Below, piece by piece: positions 25,163 through 38,037 of a stretch of DNA of 64,000 bases; positions within the stretch are counted from its first letter, which is position 1; every line of letters begins with the position of its first letter. Location: the NCBI RefSeq assembly GCF_902713615.1, contig NW_024055461.1, forward strand, positions 1,721,877-1,785,876, read 5' to 3'. The stretch is from Scyliorhinus canicula (Eukaryota). The notes below the pieces were generated by a model, which worked only from the letters and a program-made list of their open reading frames with translations, did not search any database and was not told the origin of the DNA. A program made the translations under genes and the position numbers.

Positions 25163-26290
25163 GAGGAGTCATCAAGTCTAAAGGTAAAAGGGGCATGGAT
25201 GAGGTTTCAGCAGCAGATGTGCTGGGGTGGGGGTGGAGACAGGTGACATTATGGAGAGTGAAATAGCTGGTATTAGTGATGGTGTGGAAATGTGGTCAGA
25301 AACTCATCTAGGGGTCAAATCTGACATGGAGATTGTGCAGTGTGTGGTTCAGCCTCAGACAGTTCCCAGGGAGAGGGATGGACTCGGGAGTTAGGAAAGG
25401 GAATTTGCATCCCGGTCCTGGGTCACTGTCCGTGTGGAGTTTGTACATTGTCCCCATGTCTGCTTGGGTTTCATCCCCACAACCCAAAGATGTGCAGGTT
25501 AGGTGGATTGGCCACGTTAAATTGCCCCATAATTGGAAAAAATATAATTGGGTACTCTACTCTAAGTTTATTTTTTAAAAAGGAAAGGGAATTTGTAGTG
25601 GTGACTGAAGATAATGACTTTGGTCTTCCCAAATTTTAATTGGAGGAAGTTTCTGCTGATCCATTACTGGGTGTGGGATAAGCAGTTTGATAATTTAGTG
25701 ACAGAGGAGGAATGGAGAGGGATGGGGATAGGGGTGAGGTAGAGCTGGGTGTTGTCAGTGAACATGTAAAATCTAACACGGTGCTTTTGGATGATGTCAC
25801 CTAGTGGGGTCGGGGAGGTGCTGGGGATAGAACACCGAGTACAAGGAATTTGGAGAGGAAAGGGAGATTGGAGATGTCTTGGAAATTTGTAAAGATGGTG
25901 GGGCCAAGTGTTCTATTTAGGATGGGTGATGATGTTGCATTAAAGTGAGAGGGACAGAACCAAATGTGGTAGAACTGGAAACATATCAACTAACGCAGAG
26001 AAGTTGGATGGTCAATTGTTTTGTGAGAATGGAGTCAAGGGAACAGAAGTTGGGTCTGATGGACAATATAAGCTCAGAGGGAGAGAGAAGATAGGAGAGA
26101 AACTGGAGAAAGATCCGAGTTCAGGGCTCAGACGAGGAGGAACTTCAGACACAGTTTGGCCTGGTGGGTTAGTGGAAGGGAGGGAAGCAGCAGAGGTAGC
26201 TGATCGGATTGTCTCAATCTCCGTGACAAAGGAACTCCATGAACTCCACACACTTGTTGTCAGAGGTGAGGATGGATGAAACGGGGTGAG
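25163..26290 (-). mobile_element. L2-like LINE fragment with a truncated SINE at 25408-25576
   Basis: Reverse complement resembles 59990-60540; the SINE is flanked by a 15-bp TSD AGGAAAGGGAATTTG. Confidence 0.7.
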
Positions 26291-27375
26291 GGCGAAGAAC
26301 ATTTCAAAAAAGAAGACCTTTTGTTAGAAATATTTTAAAATACTTAACGCACATTGTTTCACGCAATGCTGATTTATTTGACCTTTACCTGGAATATTAA
26401 CCCCTATAACTGAGCTGGAGTATATTTATTGTTAAGGGCACAGCCAGAAAGGAAATTTGAGACATTTGTCCCCACAGTTTGCCTTTGCAATTTGTATAGG
26501 AGAAGGAGAGGTTGTGAGCTCCAGAAATGATGTCCCCAACTATTTGTGATGGTTTCTTAAGTAAATGTTCATGATGGAATCGGAAAATAAATAAAATGAA
26601 ATAGAAGTACACTTAAAATAAGGCAATGGCTTCACACATCCCAATACTTGAAACAGTTCCAAACAATCTTAATTTAACTACCTCAGAGCTAACCTTCCCC
26701 AATCTGTCCAGCAATGCCTTTTAGATTTTAAGATCTATAAAATGCAGAAACCTTGTCCCAAACTGTGCCTTTGCTCCAATTTGCTCCTGAGGTTAACCAG
26801 CAGTTAACTGGCTTTTCAAATCTGGCTTCCTTCACACAGCTTTCTGGGCTGCGATTTAAACAGTATCTTCACAAGTTTCACTATCCCCTTAACTACGTTT
26901 TTTCCCTTTGATCTCTCCATCATTTTACCCAATTTCGTTCGAACTAATCTCTCCCAGAATTGCTTAAAATAATCTCTTTACTTTAACATTCATAATTTTA
27001 AAAATTGAATTTACTTTATCCATACTTCATTCATGACACCTTTCTTTCACACCTTGCATCTTTTGAATCGCAACACCCATTCACATCTGTTTCTGTTCTC
27101 TACCCAACCTAACTAGATTTTTTCGGTAAATATCTGGTTTGAAGTCGAGCTGGGCTCATTAACACATCAAACTCACAGTTTAAATTCACACAGTTACTCT
27201 TTCTCCCACTGTAAGGACCACTCTCACACTTCACTAGTTACAAAAAATGTATTACACATAGAAAATAGTTCAATTTCTTAGATTCTTCTGACAAATTTTC
27301 TTGATAAAACATCAGTAGAAATTTATGAACAAGGTTCATTCCTGGGTGTGATTAACAGTAAAATATAATCACTAA

Positions 27376-28634
27376 TTATTTGCAAACACGCTGGTGACTT
27401 GTCAGGATGGACATCCGAGTGAATCTCTTCCCACACACGAAGCAGGGGAACGGTCTCTCCCCAGTGTGAATTCGCTGGTGTCTTTGCAGAGTGGATGACT
27501 GAGTGAATCCCTTCCCACACTTGGCGCAGATGAATGGCCTCTCCCTGGTGTGAATTCGCTGATGTACAGTCAGTTGAGACGATTGCCTGAACCCTGTCCC
27601 ACAGTGAGAGCACCTGAATGGTCTCTCATCAGTGTGAACAAGCTGATGGCGCATCAGGTCCACAGGACTTTTATAGCACTTCTCACAGTCAGTGCATTGA
27701 AATGGTCGCGCTTCAGTGTGAACCTGCTGGTGTTTCAGCACGGTGGATGAATCGCTGAATCCCTTTCCACACTTGGAGCAGGTGAATGGCCTCTCCCCGG
27801 TGTGAACTCGCTGGTGTTGTAGCAGTCCTTTTTTTTTTTTTAAATTTAGAGTACCCAATTCATTTTTTCCAATTAAGGGGCAATTTAGTGTGGCCAATCC
27901 ACCTACCCTGCACATCTTTGGGTTGTGGGGGCGAAACCCACGCAAACACGGGGAGAATGTGCAAACTCCACACGGACAGTGACCCAGAGCCGGGATCGAA
28001 CCTGGGACCTCAGCGCCGTGAGGCTACAGGGCTAACCCACTGAGCGTTGTAGCAGTCCTGATGATTGAGTGAATCCCTTACCACATTCGGTGCAGGTGAA
28101 CGGCCTCTCCCCAGTGTGAATTCGCTGGTGTACAATGAGTTCAGATGACTGCCTGAACCCAGTTCCACAGTCTGAGCACCTGAACGGGGTCTCATCAGTA
28201 TGAGCTCGCTGATGACTCATTAGGTTGAGGGAACTTTTATAGCACCTCTCACAGTCTACACATTTAAAAGGTCTCTCGTCTATGTGAACCTGCTGGTGTT
28301 TCAACAGAGTGGAAGAATCAGTAAATCCCTTTCCACACTTGGAGCAGTTGAATGGCCTCTCCCCAGTGTGAACTCGCTGGTGTTGTTGCAGCCCTGATGA
28401 TCGAGTGAATCCCTTCCCACACTCTGGGCAGGTGAATGGTGTCTCCCCACTATGAACTCGCTGGTGTCTCAGCAGGTTGGATGACCAGGTGAATCCCTTC
28501 CCACACTCTGGGCAGGTGAACAGTCTCTGCACAGTGTGACTGGGCTGATGGGTTTCCAGCTCAGACAGGGATCTGAATCCCTGCTCACAGTCTCCACATT
28601 TCTCCGCACTGCCAGCATTGCTATTTTCTTGCAT
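27376..28634 (-). pseudogene. 12-finger C2H2 ZF gene interrupted by a single SINE
   Basis: ORFs 28032..28640 and 27376..27945 join in frame once the SINE and one TSD (230 bp) are removed; ATG at 28634; acceptor tttcacAG near 28710. Confidence 0.92.
27830..28045 (-). mobile_element. Young A-tailed V-SINE inside ZF coding sequence
   Basis: 14-bp TSD GTTGTAGCAGTCCT at 27816-27829 and 28046-28059; pure A tail. Confidence 0.96.
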
Positions 28635-29619
28635 GTTCAAAATCCGATGATATTCAGATCCTGATGTGATGTCTGTTTTCCAACTGCAAATCCTCCCCTT
28701 CTAACATCCTGTGAAATTGATTTAAAACAGAAAAATAGGGAGTGAGAGAGAACCCAAAAAACACAGGTTGTGAAACTGAGCTGAATGAATCTGGTCATTT
28801 GTGGGGCCGGCATTGGGAAAAAGTGACCATGGAAACTATTGGGTTGTCACGAAAAACTAACTGTTTCAGTAATGTCCTCAGGGAAGGGAACCTACCATCC
28901 GGTCTGGGCCTACACAGGATTCTGGCCTCCATACGAACATATGAAATAGGAGCAGGAGTAAACCATAAGCCCCATTGAGCTGCTTCAACATTCACGATGA
29001 TCATGGCTGATCTTGGTTTAATCTCCAACTTCCCGTCCTCCTCCTCAAATCCTTTGATTCCCTGAAAAATCTCTCCATCTCTGGGTTAGGAAGTTCCCTC
29101 ATTTTAATCTTGGGAAGACTTAAGCTACTGTCTTCACTCCCTGCTACAAATTCCACTTCCTAACCAATCAATCCGTCTATCACCTCAGAAACTGTCTGAG
29201 GATTGTGCAGACTTGAGGGGCCGAATGGCCTCCTTGTGCACTGCCGGGATTCAATGATTGTCAGTCTCGGATAGAAATGCCCAACGTTTCTTCTCCTGCT
29301 CCCTCATCCAGAATGACCGATCATGCTCCCTGCTGTACTTTGCCCCCAGCTATACTTTGCCCCTTGTCGTCATCAGCAATCCCTCAATTTGAGGATGACA
29401 TCTACCCAGGGTCTTGAGTTTCTGCCATGGGTGGACAGAACCACAGATCTTGAGACCATGAGGTATTGGAATCAGGAGAGCAGGATGTATTTCCCTTTCT
29501 TTCCATCGATCCACCGCCCCATCATTCAGACATTGGGACTCAAAGACGAATCCAGTTTGATGGGCAAGTTGTCTCCATTCTGAACAATGGGGAACAAGCT
29601 CCTCCCACTCATTGAAACA

Positions 29620-30060
29620 TCGGCCCCGACCAAGATGGCGGCCACGCATGCGCCATGGTGCACACTGATTTCAATAAAGATGGCCATTAATCCAGGCCGA
29701 AAATGAGGAGCTGCAGCCCCCGCTCGGTACAATCTGGGTCCGGCTAACTTTTTTCCAAGGTTACTGACTCACGCAAGGTGCTTACGCAGCGTTTCCGCCC
29801 TTCCCCGCGATCTCTCGCTCGCTACATATGGTTCACCACCGCTTACTTGCTACACATGTAAACAAGCAGCCGCTCTCCGTCGCCATGACGCACACTGCGC
29901 ATGCTTCAATCACAGCAGGCCCTGCCTCTCTTTCACTCCGATTGGTTGGAGGACTAGCCGCTCCCGGTCGGTCCTCCAGTCCCGCCCCACCTGATCCTAT
30001 TGGTCCGAAGCCGCTGTCAATCACCCGGGCATTGTGACAGTTTTAAATGGTGAGAGCGGC
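29620..30060 (-). promoter_or_regulatory. ZF-cassette promoter module driving the minus-strand ZF gene
   Basis: TGATTGACAG (30014-30023) 10 nt from a CCAAT, GC box, second CCAAT, GCATGCGC, then YY1-like and NRF1-like pair at 29632-29653. Confidence 0.72.
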
Positions 30061-30435
30061 CACAGTCAGTATCTGGAGAAGCAGAACTACATTTGGTTTT
30101 CATATAATAGTCAGATCGTCATGGTTTGTTGACAACATAATATAATCCACTTCTGGTGTGTGTTACACTGTCACTGTTATCATCAGACATTTTAAAGAAA
30201 TTAATTTAGAGTACCCAATTAATTTTTTCCAATTAAGGGGAAATTTAGTGTGGTCAATCCACCTACCCTGCACATCTTTGGGTTGTGGGGGTGAGACCCA
30301 CGCAAACACAGGGAGAAGGTGCAAACTCCACACGGACAGTGACCCGGGACCAGGATCAAACCCGGGTCCTTGGCACCGTGAGGCAGCAGTGCGAAGCACT
30401 AGGCCACCATGCCGCCCACTTTATTAAACAATAAC

Positions 30436-33401
30436 CTGCCTTTTATTCCAATTCTGGTGTATGTTGCCACTGCAGATCCTGGGCTGATTGGAGTCGGGTA
30501 TAATAAACGTAGTCTGGTTCCAGTGCCTCTGAGGTCATTTCAACTGATGTTAATGGAGACAAAAGGCCCAATAAATATCCAATTGTAATAGGAGGACAAG
30601 GTGAAAGGAAGCAATGATATTTTGAGGTTTCTGTGTTGTGGTGAGTGTCACTGGGAGGTGTGTGATAAAATAGGAATTGAAACATGGCAGAGACACGTGT
30701 GACTGACTCCACCTGACTGAGAGCTGTTATACCCAAGGGGACAGCAATGAGGACTTGGGGAACTCCAGAGATTTCTGATGTCTGAGGTACATCTGTTAGA
30801 GGAACTGAAAATATTCAGATCCTTCTTCTAGTTCTCGAGTTACAGTCACACAGGAAATGTATCTGACAACTCATCAAAACCAAAGTTTTAATCTCTTTGA
30901 GACACATTGTGATTGAAAAGATCGAATGTTAAAACATCATTTTGAGGAAAATTCAGACTGTCATAAAGATGAGTGAACTGTCCAATTAACCCCATTCACC
31001 ATAACTCTGCCAGTTTACCCTCTGCAAGTGTTTATCCAATTCCCTTTGAAAGTTCCTGTGAAATCTGCGTCCAGCAGCCTGTCAGTGTGAATTCCAGATC
31101 ACATCACTGTGTAAAAACCATTCTCCTCATCACCCCCTTGGGTTCTGTTGTCAAATATCTTAAATCTCTGTGTCCTCTGGTTACAAACCCTCCTGCTCTT
31201 GGGAAACAGTTTCTCCCCATCGACACTGTCACAAATCCTTCCTCATTTTGAACACCTCTATTAAATCTCCCCTTCACCTTCCCTGATCTCAGAGGGACAA
31301 TCCCGATTTACACTGCGCTGAAGAGTCACAAGGCAGCACGGTAGCATAATGGTTAGAATAATTGCTTCACAGCTCCAGGTGGAGCTCCAGGTTAGGTGGA
31401 TTGACCATGCTAAATTGCCCTTAATGCCCAAAATTGCCCTTAGTGTTGGGTGGGGTTACTGGGTTATGGGGACAGGGTGGAGGTGTGGGCTTGGGTAGGG
31501 TGCACTTTCCAAGAGCCGGTGCAGACTCGATGGGCTGAATGGCCTCCTTCTGCACTGTAAATTCTATGATTTCTAAGGACTCAAAATGTTAACTCTGTTT
31601 CTCCCTGTACCGATGCTGCCAGAACTGCTGAGTTTTTCCAACATACAAAAAAAAAGTTTATCCAACATATTCTGTTTTTCTCGCTCTGTTTCCTTCTTCA
31701 ATCCATCACAAACACTTAATGATTTGAACACCTCAGTTGAATAGGAACAGACAGAGATTAAGAGAGATACAGAGGAAAGAAGAGAGATTTTAAACAGCAG
31801 AAAGGTGAGGTGGCGAGAGATAAAAGCTGAGAAATAGAGGAAACAAGTAACACAGAAAGAATGATATAAAATATAAGGGAGCAGGTTATCAGTTCCCAGC
31901 TACAGAGAGCAGAGGGAACTCAGTGACGGGTCCACAGACACAGCCGGTTCTGTCCGGGAATGGAGACTCTGAACAGAAATAACCGGCTCATTTGTAAATG
32001 TCACCACAATGTGATCTGTGTGACTCTGCCCTGACTCTGTGGACAGATATAGGCCGCACTGACAGATGGCCCCACCAGATTGTAGTCCCTGGATTTATTT
32101 TCTGCTCAGAAGTGAGATGTGCGGTTTGGAACCGGCAGCAGAGAAACAGGAAGTTGTGTTTCCTGAGAATGAAACAGCAAGCGTCAGTTTCATGTTATCA
32201 CCGTGAACAGTCTTCCTGCCTGTGAGGGTGAACTCACTGTGACAGCATCAAGAACACCCACACAGATTGCTTCCGGTCTCAGCATTACATTCACCTCACT
32301 TCCCATTTTAAACATCAAAATATGAGGTTATTTAGATTTTTAACATATTCACTGAACTGGAAGATGGACTGAGGATATCACTGGAAGAAATGAGGGGACA
32401 TCATAGAAACTTAAATTTTCCTCAAAGAGGGTTATTAGAAAATAGGAGATTAAAAGTGAGCCAGGGCCAATCAGGGAGAGAGAGAACGTGAGAGAAAGGA
32501 TTGAGTCTCCAGAAATCAGATGTTCACTCAGAAAGCGGAGAGGAGGGCAGCACGGCGGCTCAGTGGGTTAGCACTGCAGTCTCACGGCGCTGAGGTCCCA
32601 GGTTCGATCCCGGCTCTGGGTCACTCTCCGTGTAGAGTTTGCACATTCTCCCCGTGTTTGCGTGGGTTTCGCCCCCACAACCCAAAGTTGTGCAAGGTAG
32701 GTGGATTGTAAACGCTAAATTGCCCCTTAATTGGAAAAAATTAATTGGGTACTCTAAAATTTTAAAAAAGAAAAAAAAAGGAAAAAAGAAAGCGGAGAGG
32801 TTCAGTGTGTTCTTCAGAGATGATAGAGAGAAAAGTTTAGTGAATTTAGGCGCTCTGTGAAATAGAAATGTTAAAGGAGAGAGTGTCAGAGAGAAAGATA
32901 GGGCAGCACGATAGCATGGTGGTTAGCATAAATGCTTCACAGCTCCAGGGTCCGAGGTTCGATTCCCGGTTGGGTCACTGTCTGTGCGGAGTCTGCACGT
33001 CCTCCCCGTGTGTGCGTGGGTTTCCTCCGGGTGCTCCGGTTTCCTCCCACAGTCCAAAGATGTGCGGGTTAGGTGGATTGGCCATGCTAAATTGCCCGTA
33101 GTGTCCTAAAAAGTAAGGTTTTGGGGGGGGGTTGTTGGGTTACGGGTATAGGGTGGATAAGTGGGTTTGAGTAGGGTGATCATGGCTAGGCACAACATCG
33201 AGGGCCGAAGGGCCTGTACTGTTCTGTGTTCTGAGGTGGGAAGTATGTGGAATGAGTGAGTGTGAGAGTGGAGAGAAGTGAGAAACTGAGAGAGAAGAGA
33301 GATGTCTAGTGAATGAGAGACAGGGGAGCAGGTTCACATACTCGAGGATCACCGAGAATGATCAGAATAAGGAGACCACCCAGAAAACAGCCAAGCGGCA
33401 T
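30436..33401 (-). pseudogene. Possible remnant of a leader-peptide plus Ig-V-like gene
   Basis: MPLGCFLGGLLILIILGDPR followed by GTATGT (33401-33342); a 357-bp AG/GT-bounded segment 30792-30436 contains RGTGTRL in a shifted frame; canonical Cys residues not found. Confidence 0.3.
32546..33232 (+). mobile_element. Two V-SINEs: A-tailed (32546-32790) and CR1-tailed (32901-33232)
   Basis: The first has a 14-bp TSD AGAAAGCGGAGAGG; the second ends cacaacatcgagggccgaagggcctgt. Confidence 0.9.
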
Positions 33402-34269
33402 CTTCAGCTGAACACATCACTCAGTCTTCAAGGGACAGTCGGGGCTCTGACACTGCTCAGCTCCCAATTAAACGGGCAGACACAGCTTCGCCCTTTTCTC
33501 AGTTATGTTTCTGATTGTTAAAGGAGATTTATTTTAAAGGACAGAATGTGGGAAGCACACATCAATAAAACTGGGAATTTTTGGACACACGCCGGAGCTC
33601 CTTCTTTATCCATGAATGAAACTGTTGTCTAATTGTCCCAGCAGTAAACAGCTGCTATTTTAATGCAGACTTCAACCAATCTATTTTAAGAAGGTTTCTA
33701 TTCAATTAATTCATTCTGACTGTCACACAAACACATTTTCAGTCTAGATAGAACCAGCTGTTTTAATTCAATCAAGAACATCACAGTTTTACACCAATCT
33801 CAGATTTAACAGCACATTTCCAGCATTCACCATTGTTCTTCCTGACTCTAAACACAGTTGTAAAGGAGCTTCTGTTCTGTGTCTAGGGGTTCTGAGATAT
33901 GGAAGAGAGCGGCTGGGACATATTTCTTACACGCCTCAGGATTAACCCACACGGGGACTTTGCTGTCAGTGAAGAGAGATGAGAAAGGCCAAAGTGTTGT
34001 TTGTCCCTCTCAGTGTGACCCTGAAGGACTGTGTCCAGGCTGAAGTTCTGTTCCTGCCGTGTGATCCTCCCCCAGATTGTCCTTTCTGAGCTCCAGACAG
34101 GTGATGTTCAACACTCAGGTGGGAAAGACAAAAATCTGCAACAACGTTTCAAGCACATTTATTCAGAATAATAAACCTCACCAGCAGATTAAGATTGTCA
34201 GAGTGAACATTATTCAGTCCTGTACATGATTAACAGCATCAATAAGGGTATAATCTAAACCTTGTGGTT

Positions 34270-34502
34270 TCTTGTGAACTCGCTGGTGTGTGAGCAGGTG
34301 GGATGACTGATTGAATCCCTTCCCACGCACAGAGCAGTTGAACAGCCTCTCCCCAGTGTGAACTCGCTGATGATTGAATAGGTTGGAGGAACGAGTGAAT
34401 CCCTTCCCACATTCAGAGCAGGTGAACGGTCTATCCCCTGTATGAAGTTGCTGGTGTATCAGAAGGTTGGATGAATTAATGAATCCTTTCCCACAGTCAC
34501 AC
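34270..34502 (-). pseudogene. Truncated C2H2 ZF remnant (about 3 fingers) with the cassette 3' UTR
   Basis: [34 protein letters not shown]...; the upstream part is replaced by stacked SINEs at 34505-35122. Confidence 0.85.
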
Positions 34503-35164
34503 TTATTATAATCATTATTATTAGAATTAGAACAGTACAGCATAGAACAGGCCCTTCGGCCCTCGATGTTGTGCCGAGCAATGATCACCCTACTCAAGCC
34601 CACGTACACCTATACCAGTAACCCAACAACCCCCATTAACCTTATTTTTTAGGACACTAAGGGCAATTTAGCTTGGCCAATCCACCTAACCCGCACATCT
34701 TTGGGCTGTGGGAGGAAACCGGAGCACCCGGAGGAAACCCACGCACACACGGGGAGGATGTGCAGACTCCTCACAGACAGTGACCCAGCCGGGAATCGAA
34801 CCTGGGACTCTGGAGCTGTGAAGCATTTGTGCTATCCACAATGCTACCGTGCTGCCCATTGTTACAAGTAGGCTTACATTAACACTGCAATGAAGTTACT
34901 GTGAAAATGCCCTAGTCACCACACTCCAGCACCTCTTTGGGTACACAGAGGGAGAATTCAGAATATCAAATTCTCCTAACAAGCATGTCTTTCGGGACTT
35001 GAAGGAGGAAACTGGAACACCCGGTAGAAACCCACGCAGACACTGGGAGAACGTGTAGACTCCACACAGACTGTGACCCAAGAGGGAATTAAACCCTTAC
35101 CACTGTGCTACCGTGTCGCCCTGTTGCAGTTCAGCTCGATGTTCTCAGATTAAAGAAGCTGAAG

Positions 35165-35230
35165 CGGCCAACGTGGGGCTCGAACCCACGATCCTGTGAT
35201 CCCATGCTCTACCGACTGAGCTAGCCGGGC
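35165..35230 (-). tRNA. tRNA-Lys(CTT)-derived pseudogene lacking the anticodon loop
   Basis: GCCCGGCTAGCTCAGTCGGTAGAGCATGGGA-TCACAGGATCGTGGGTTCGAGCCCCACGTTGGCCG matches vertebrate tRNA-Lys-CTT minus 7 nt (CTCTTAA). Confidence 0.9.
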
Positions 35231-35554
35231 TGCTTTTCAAAATTTTATTGTGGTCTCTCCTCAGTCTTTTCTGTTCCAAAGAAAACAGCCCCAGTTTATC
35301 CAAACTTTCCTCTGAGCAAACATTGTCAATTTCTGGCTGATGTTCTGAAATCCCCTCTGTGTTGGGTCACTGTCCGTGTGGAGTTTACACATTATCCACG
35401 TGTCTGCATGGGTTTCACCCCCACAACCCAAAGATGTGTAGGGAAAGTGGATTGGCCATGATAAATTGCCCCTTAGTTGGAAAAAAAATAATTGGGTAGT
35501 GTAAATTTAAAAAAAAAATTTAAATAATCCACTCTGTGGTCTCTATATAGGGAA

Positions 35555-35950
35555 ATACAGCACAGAACAGGCCTTTCGGCCCAAGATGTTATGCTGAACG
35601 TTTGTCCTAGGTTATTCATAGATCATAGAATTTTGGACACTTAACAGCAATTTATCATGGCCAATACACCCAACCTGCACATCTTTGGACTGTGGGAGGA
35701 AACTGGAGCACCCGGAGGAAACCCACGCACAACCGGGAAGGATGTGCAGACTCCACACAGACAGTGACCCAAGCCGGAATCGAACCTGGGACCCTGGAGC
35801 TGTAAAGCAATTGTGCTATCCACAATGCTACCGTGCTGCCCTTAAGAACAAATTAATCTACACTCCATTATTCTACCATAATCCATGTACCTATCCAATA
35901 GCCGCTTGAAGGTCCCTGACGTTTCCGACTCAACTACTTCCACAGGCATT
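35555..35950 (-). mobile_element. CR1 3' end with embedded V-SINE
   Basis: Same composite junction as 51600-52745. Confidence 0.8.
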
Positions 35951-37049
35951 CCTGGTGCAATCTTCCTGTACATCGGAATCGAGCTCTGGCCTAACTAATC
36001 CTGTCCTGCCATTTATCATGAAATCCTTTGCCTTGTTTTCCCTCCAGCTTTCTTCCTCACTATCAAGTGTTCAATCATTTTTTGGGTCACAGGTAAACTT
36101 CTTATTCATGTTCCTACATTTATTCCAAATCAATGATGTGAACCAGGAGTCAAGGGCCCAGTACTGATTCCTTTGAAATTGGTACTGGAAACAGCTCTTG
36201 GATTTTCTCAATTCTTTATGGGATGTGAGCATCATGGGCAAGACCAGCGATTTAGCTCAGTGAGCTAAACCAGCCCCGAGCTAAATCGCTGGCTTTTAAA
36301 GCAGACCAAGCAGGCCAGCAGCACAGTTCAATTCCCGTACCAGCCTCCCCGGACAGGCGCCGGAATGTGGAGACTAGGGGCTTTTCACAGTAACTTCATT
36401 GAAGCCTACTCGTGACAATAAGCAATTTCCATTCATTCATTTCATTCCTAATTGCCGTTAAACTGAGTGGTTTGCTGGCAATTTCAAAAGGCAATTCAGA
36501 ATTAACCACATTTCAGTGGGTTGGCCAGCTCAGGTAATGCCGGTGCAGGCTCGATGGGCCGAATGGTCTCCTTCTGCACTGTAGATTCTATGATTAATTC
36601 CGACCTTGGGTCACTGTCTGTGTGGAGTCTGTACATTCTTCCTGTGTCTGCGGAGATTTCGTCCGGGTACTCTGGTTTCCTCCCACAGTCCAAAGATGTG
36701 CAGGTTAGATGGACTGACTGTGTTAAATTGCCACTGGGAGGGATTGTGGGGATAGGGTGAGGAATTCGCCAAGGTAGGATGCTCTTTCAGAGGGTTGTTG
36801 CAGACTCGATGGGCCGAATGGACTCCTTTGGCACTGAGAGGATTCCATGATTCTACATTGGATCCAATGATATGTTCACTCACACACTGCAGCCTGATTC
36901 TTATTATGGGGACAGATACTGTGTTGGTTACTCTCAAAGTCAGTGAATCCTTTGCTGTTTCTCCTCTGGGCCCCATCTCCACTATTATTGTCTGATTGTC
37001 CCACTGAGACTCTCACTGTTATTATTGGACAATCAGCCAGTCAGGCTAA

Positions 37050-37620
37050 GCCTGTGGCCGCTCTCACCATCTGGAACCGTCACAATGCCCGGGTGATTGA
37101 CGGCAGCTCCTGACCAATAGGAAGAGGAGGGGCAGGGCTGGTGGACAAAACGGGAGCGACTGGTCCTCCAACCAATTGGAGTGAAGGAGGGACGGGGCCC
37201 GCTGGGATTGAAGCATGCGCAGTGTGGGTAATGGTGAAGCTGAAGGGTTGTGTCTTCAGATCCGGAATTCGTGAGGGGCGTTTAACAACATGGAGGGAGC
37301 GAGAGATCGCGGAGGTGGGCGGAAACGTTGTGTTAAGTTGTTGTAAGCTGCAAACCTCGGAAAAGTTACAGAACCCAGTTTGTACCGAGCGGGGCTGCAG
37401 GCTCTTCATATTCGGATCGGGTTAACGGCCGCCATCTTTATTGGATGTGCATCAGGGCGCATGCGCGTTTCTTTTCTTTGTCGAGGCGATGTTTCAATGA
37501 GTGGGAGGGGCTTGTTCCCCATTGTTCAGAATGGAGACAACTTGTCCATCAAACTGAATTAGTCTTTCAGTCCCAATGTCTTATTGATGATGCAAAGCGG
37601 TGGCAGAGATGGAAAGAAAA
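37050..37620 (+). promoter_or_regulatory. ZF-cassette promoter module, inverted paralogue of 29500-30060
   Basis: TGATTGACGG (37094-37103) 10 nt from CCAAT, second CCAAT, GCATGCGC, GCCGCCATCTTT, GCGCATGCGCG; extended similarity to the 29.3-30.06 kb region. Confidence 0.75.
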
Positions 37621-38002
37621 GGAAGCCAATCCTGCTCTCCAGATATCATTGTCTGCATGGGTTTCCTCACAGTCCAAAGATGTGCAGCTTAGGTGGAGTG
37701 GCCATGCTAAATTGCCCTTAGTGTTTGAAAGGGTTTGGGTGGGGTTACTGAGTTGAGGGGATAGATTGGAAGTGTGGCTTTAAATGGGGTGCTCTTTCTA
37801 AGGGCCGATGGAGACTCGATGGGCCGCATGGCCTCCTTCTGCACTGTAAATTCAAGATTCATTGGACATCCTATCCCAAGTGTCCAAAGCTCTGTGGCTC
37901 TGTTCAGTCAGATGAAGATCCAGGGCAGAAACTCCCAACCCTGAGTGGACATCACCCTCAAATCAGGGGACTGCTGATGACAAGAGGGTCAGTGTGCAGC
38001 AG

Positions 38003-38037
<35 letters not shown>

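Noticed and set aside
26322-27242. AT-rich TG...CA block resembling a solo LTR
   Set aside because: No TSD found and no second copy in the window; left unassigned.
38004-38035. Long G homopolymer as a functional G-quadruplex
   Set aside because: Absent from the paralogous region near 29330; likely slippage or a sequencing artefact.
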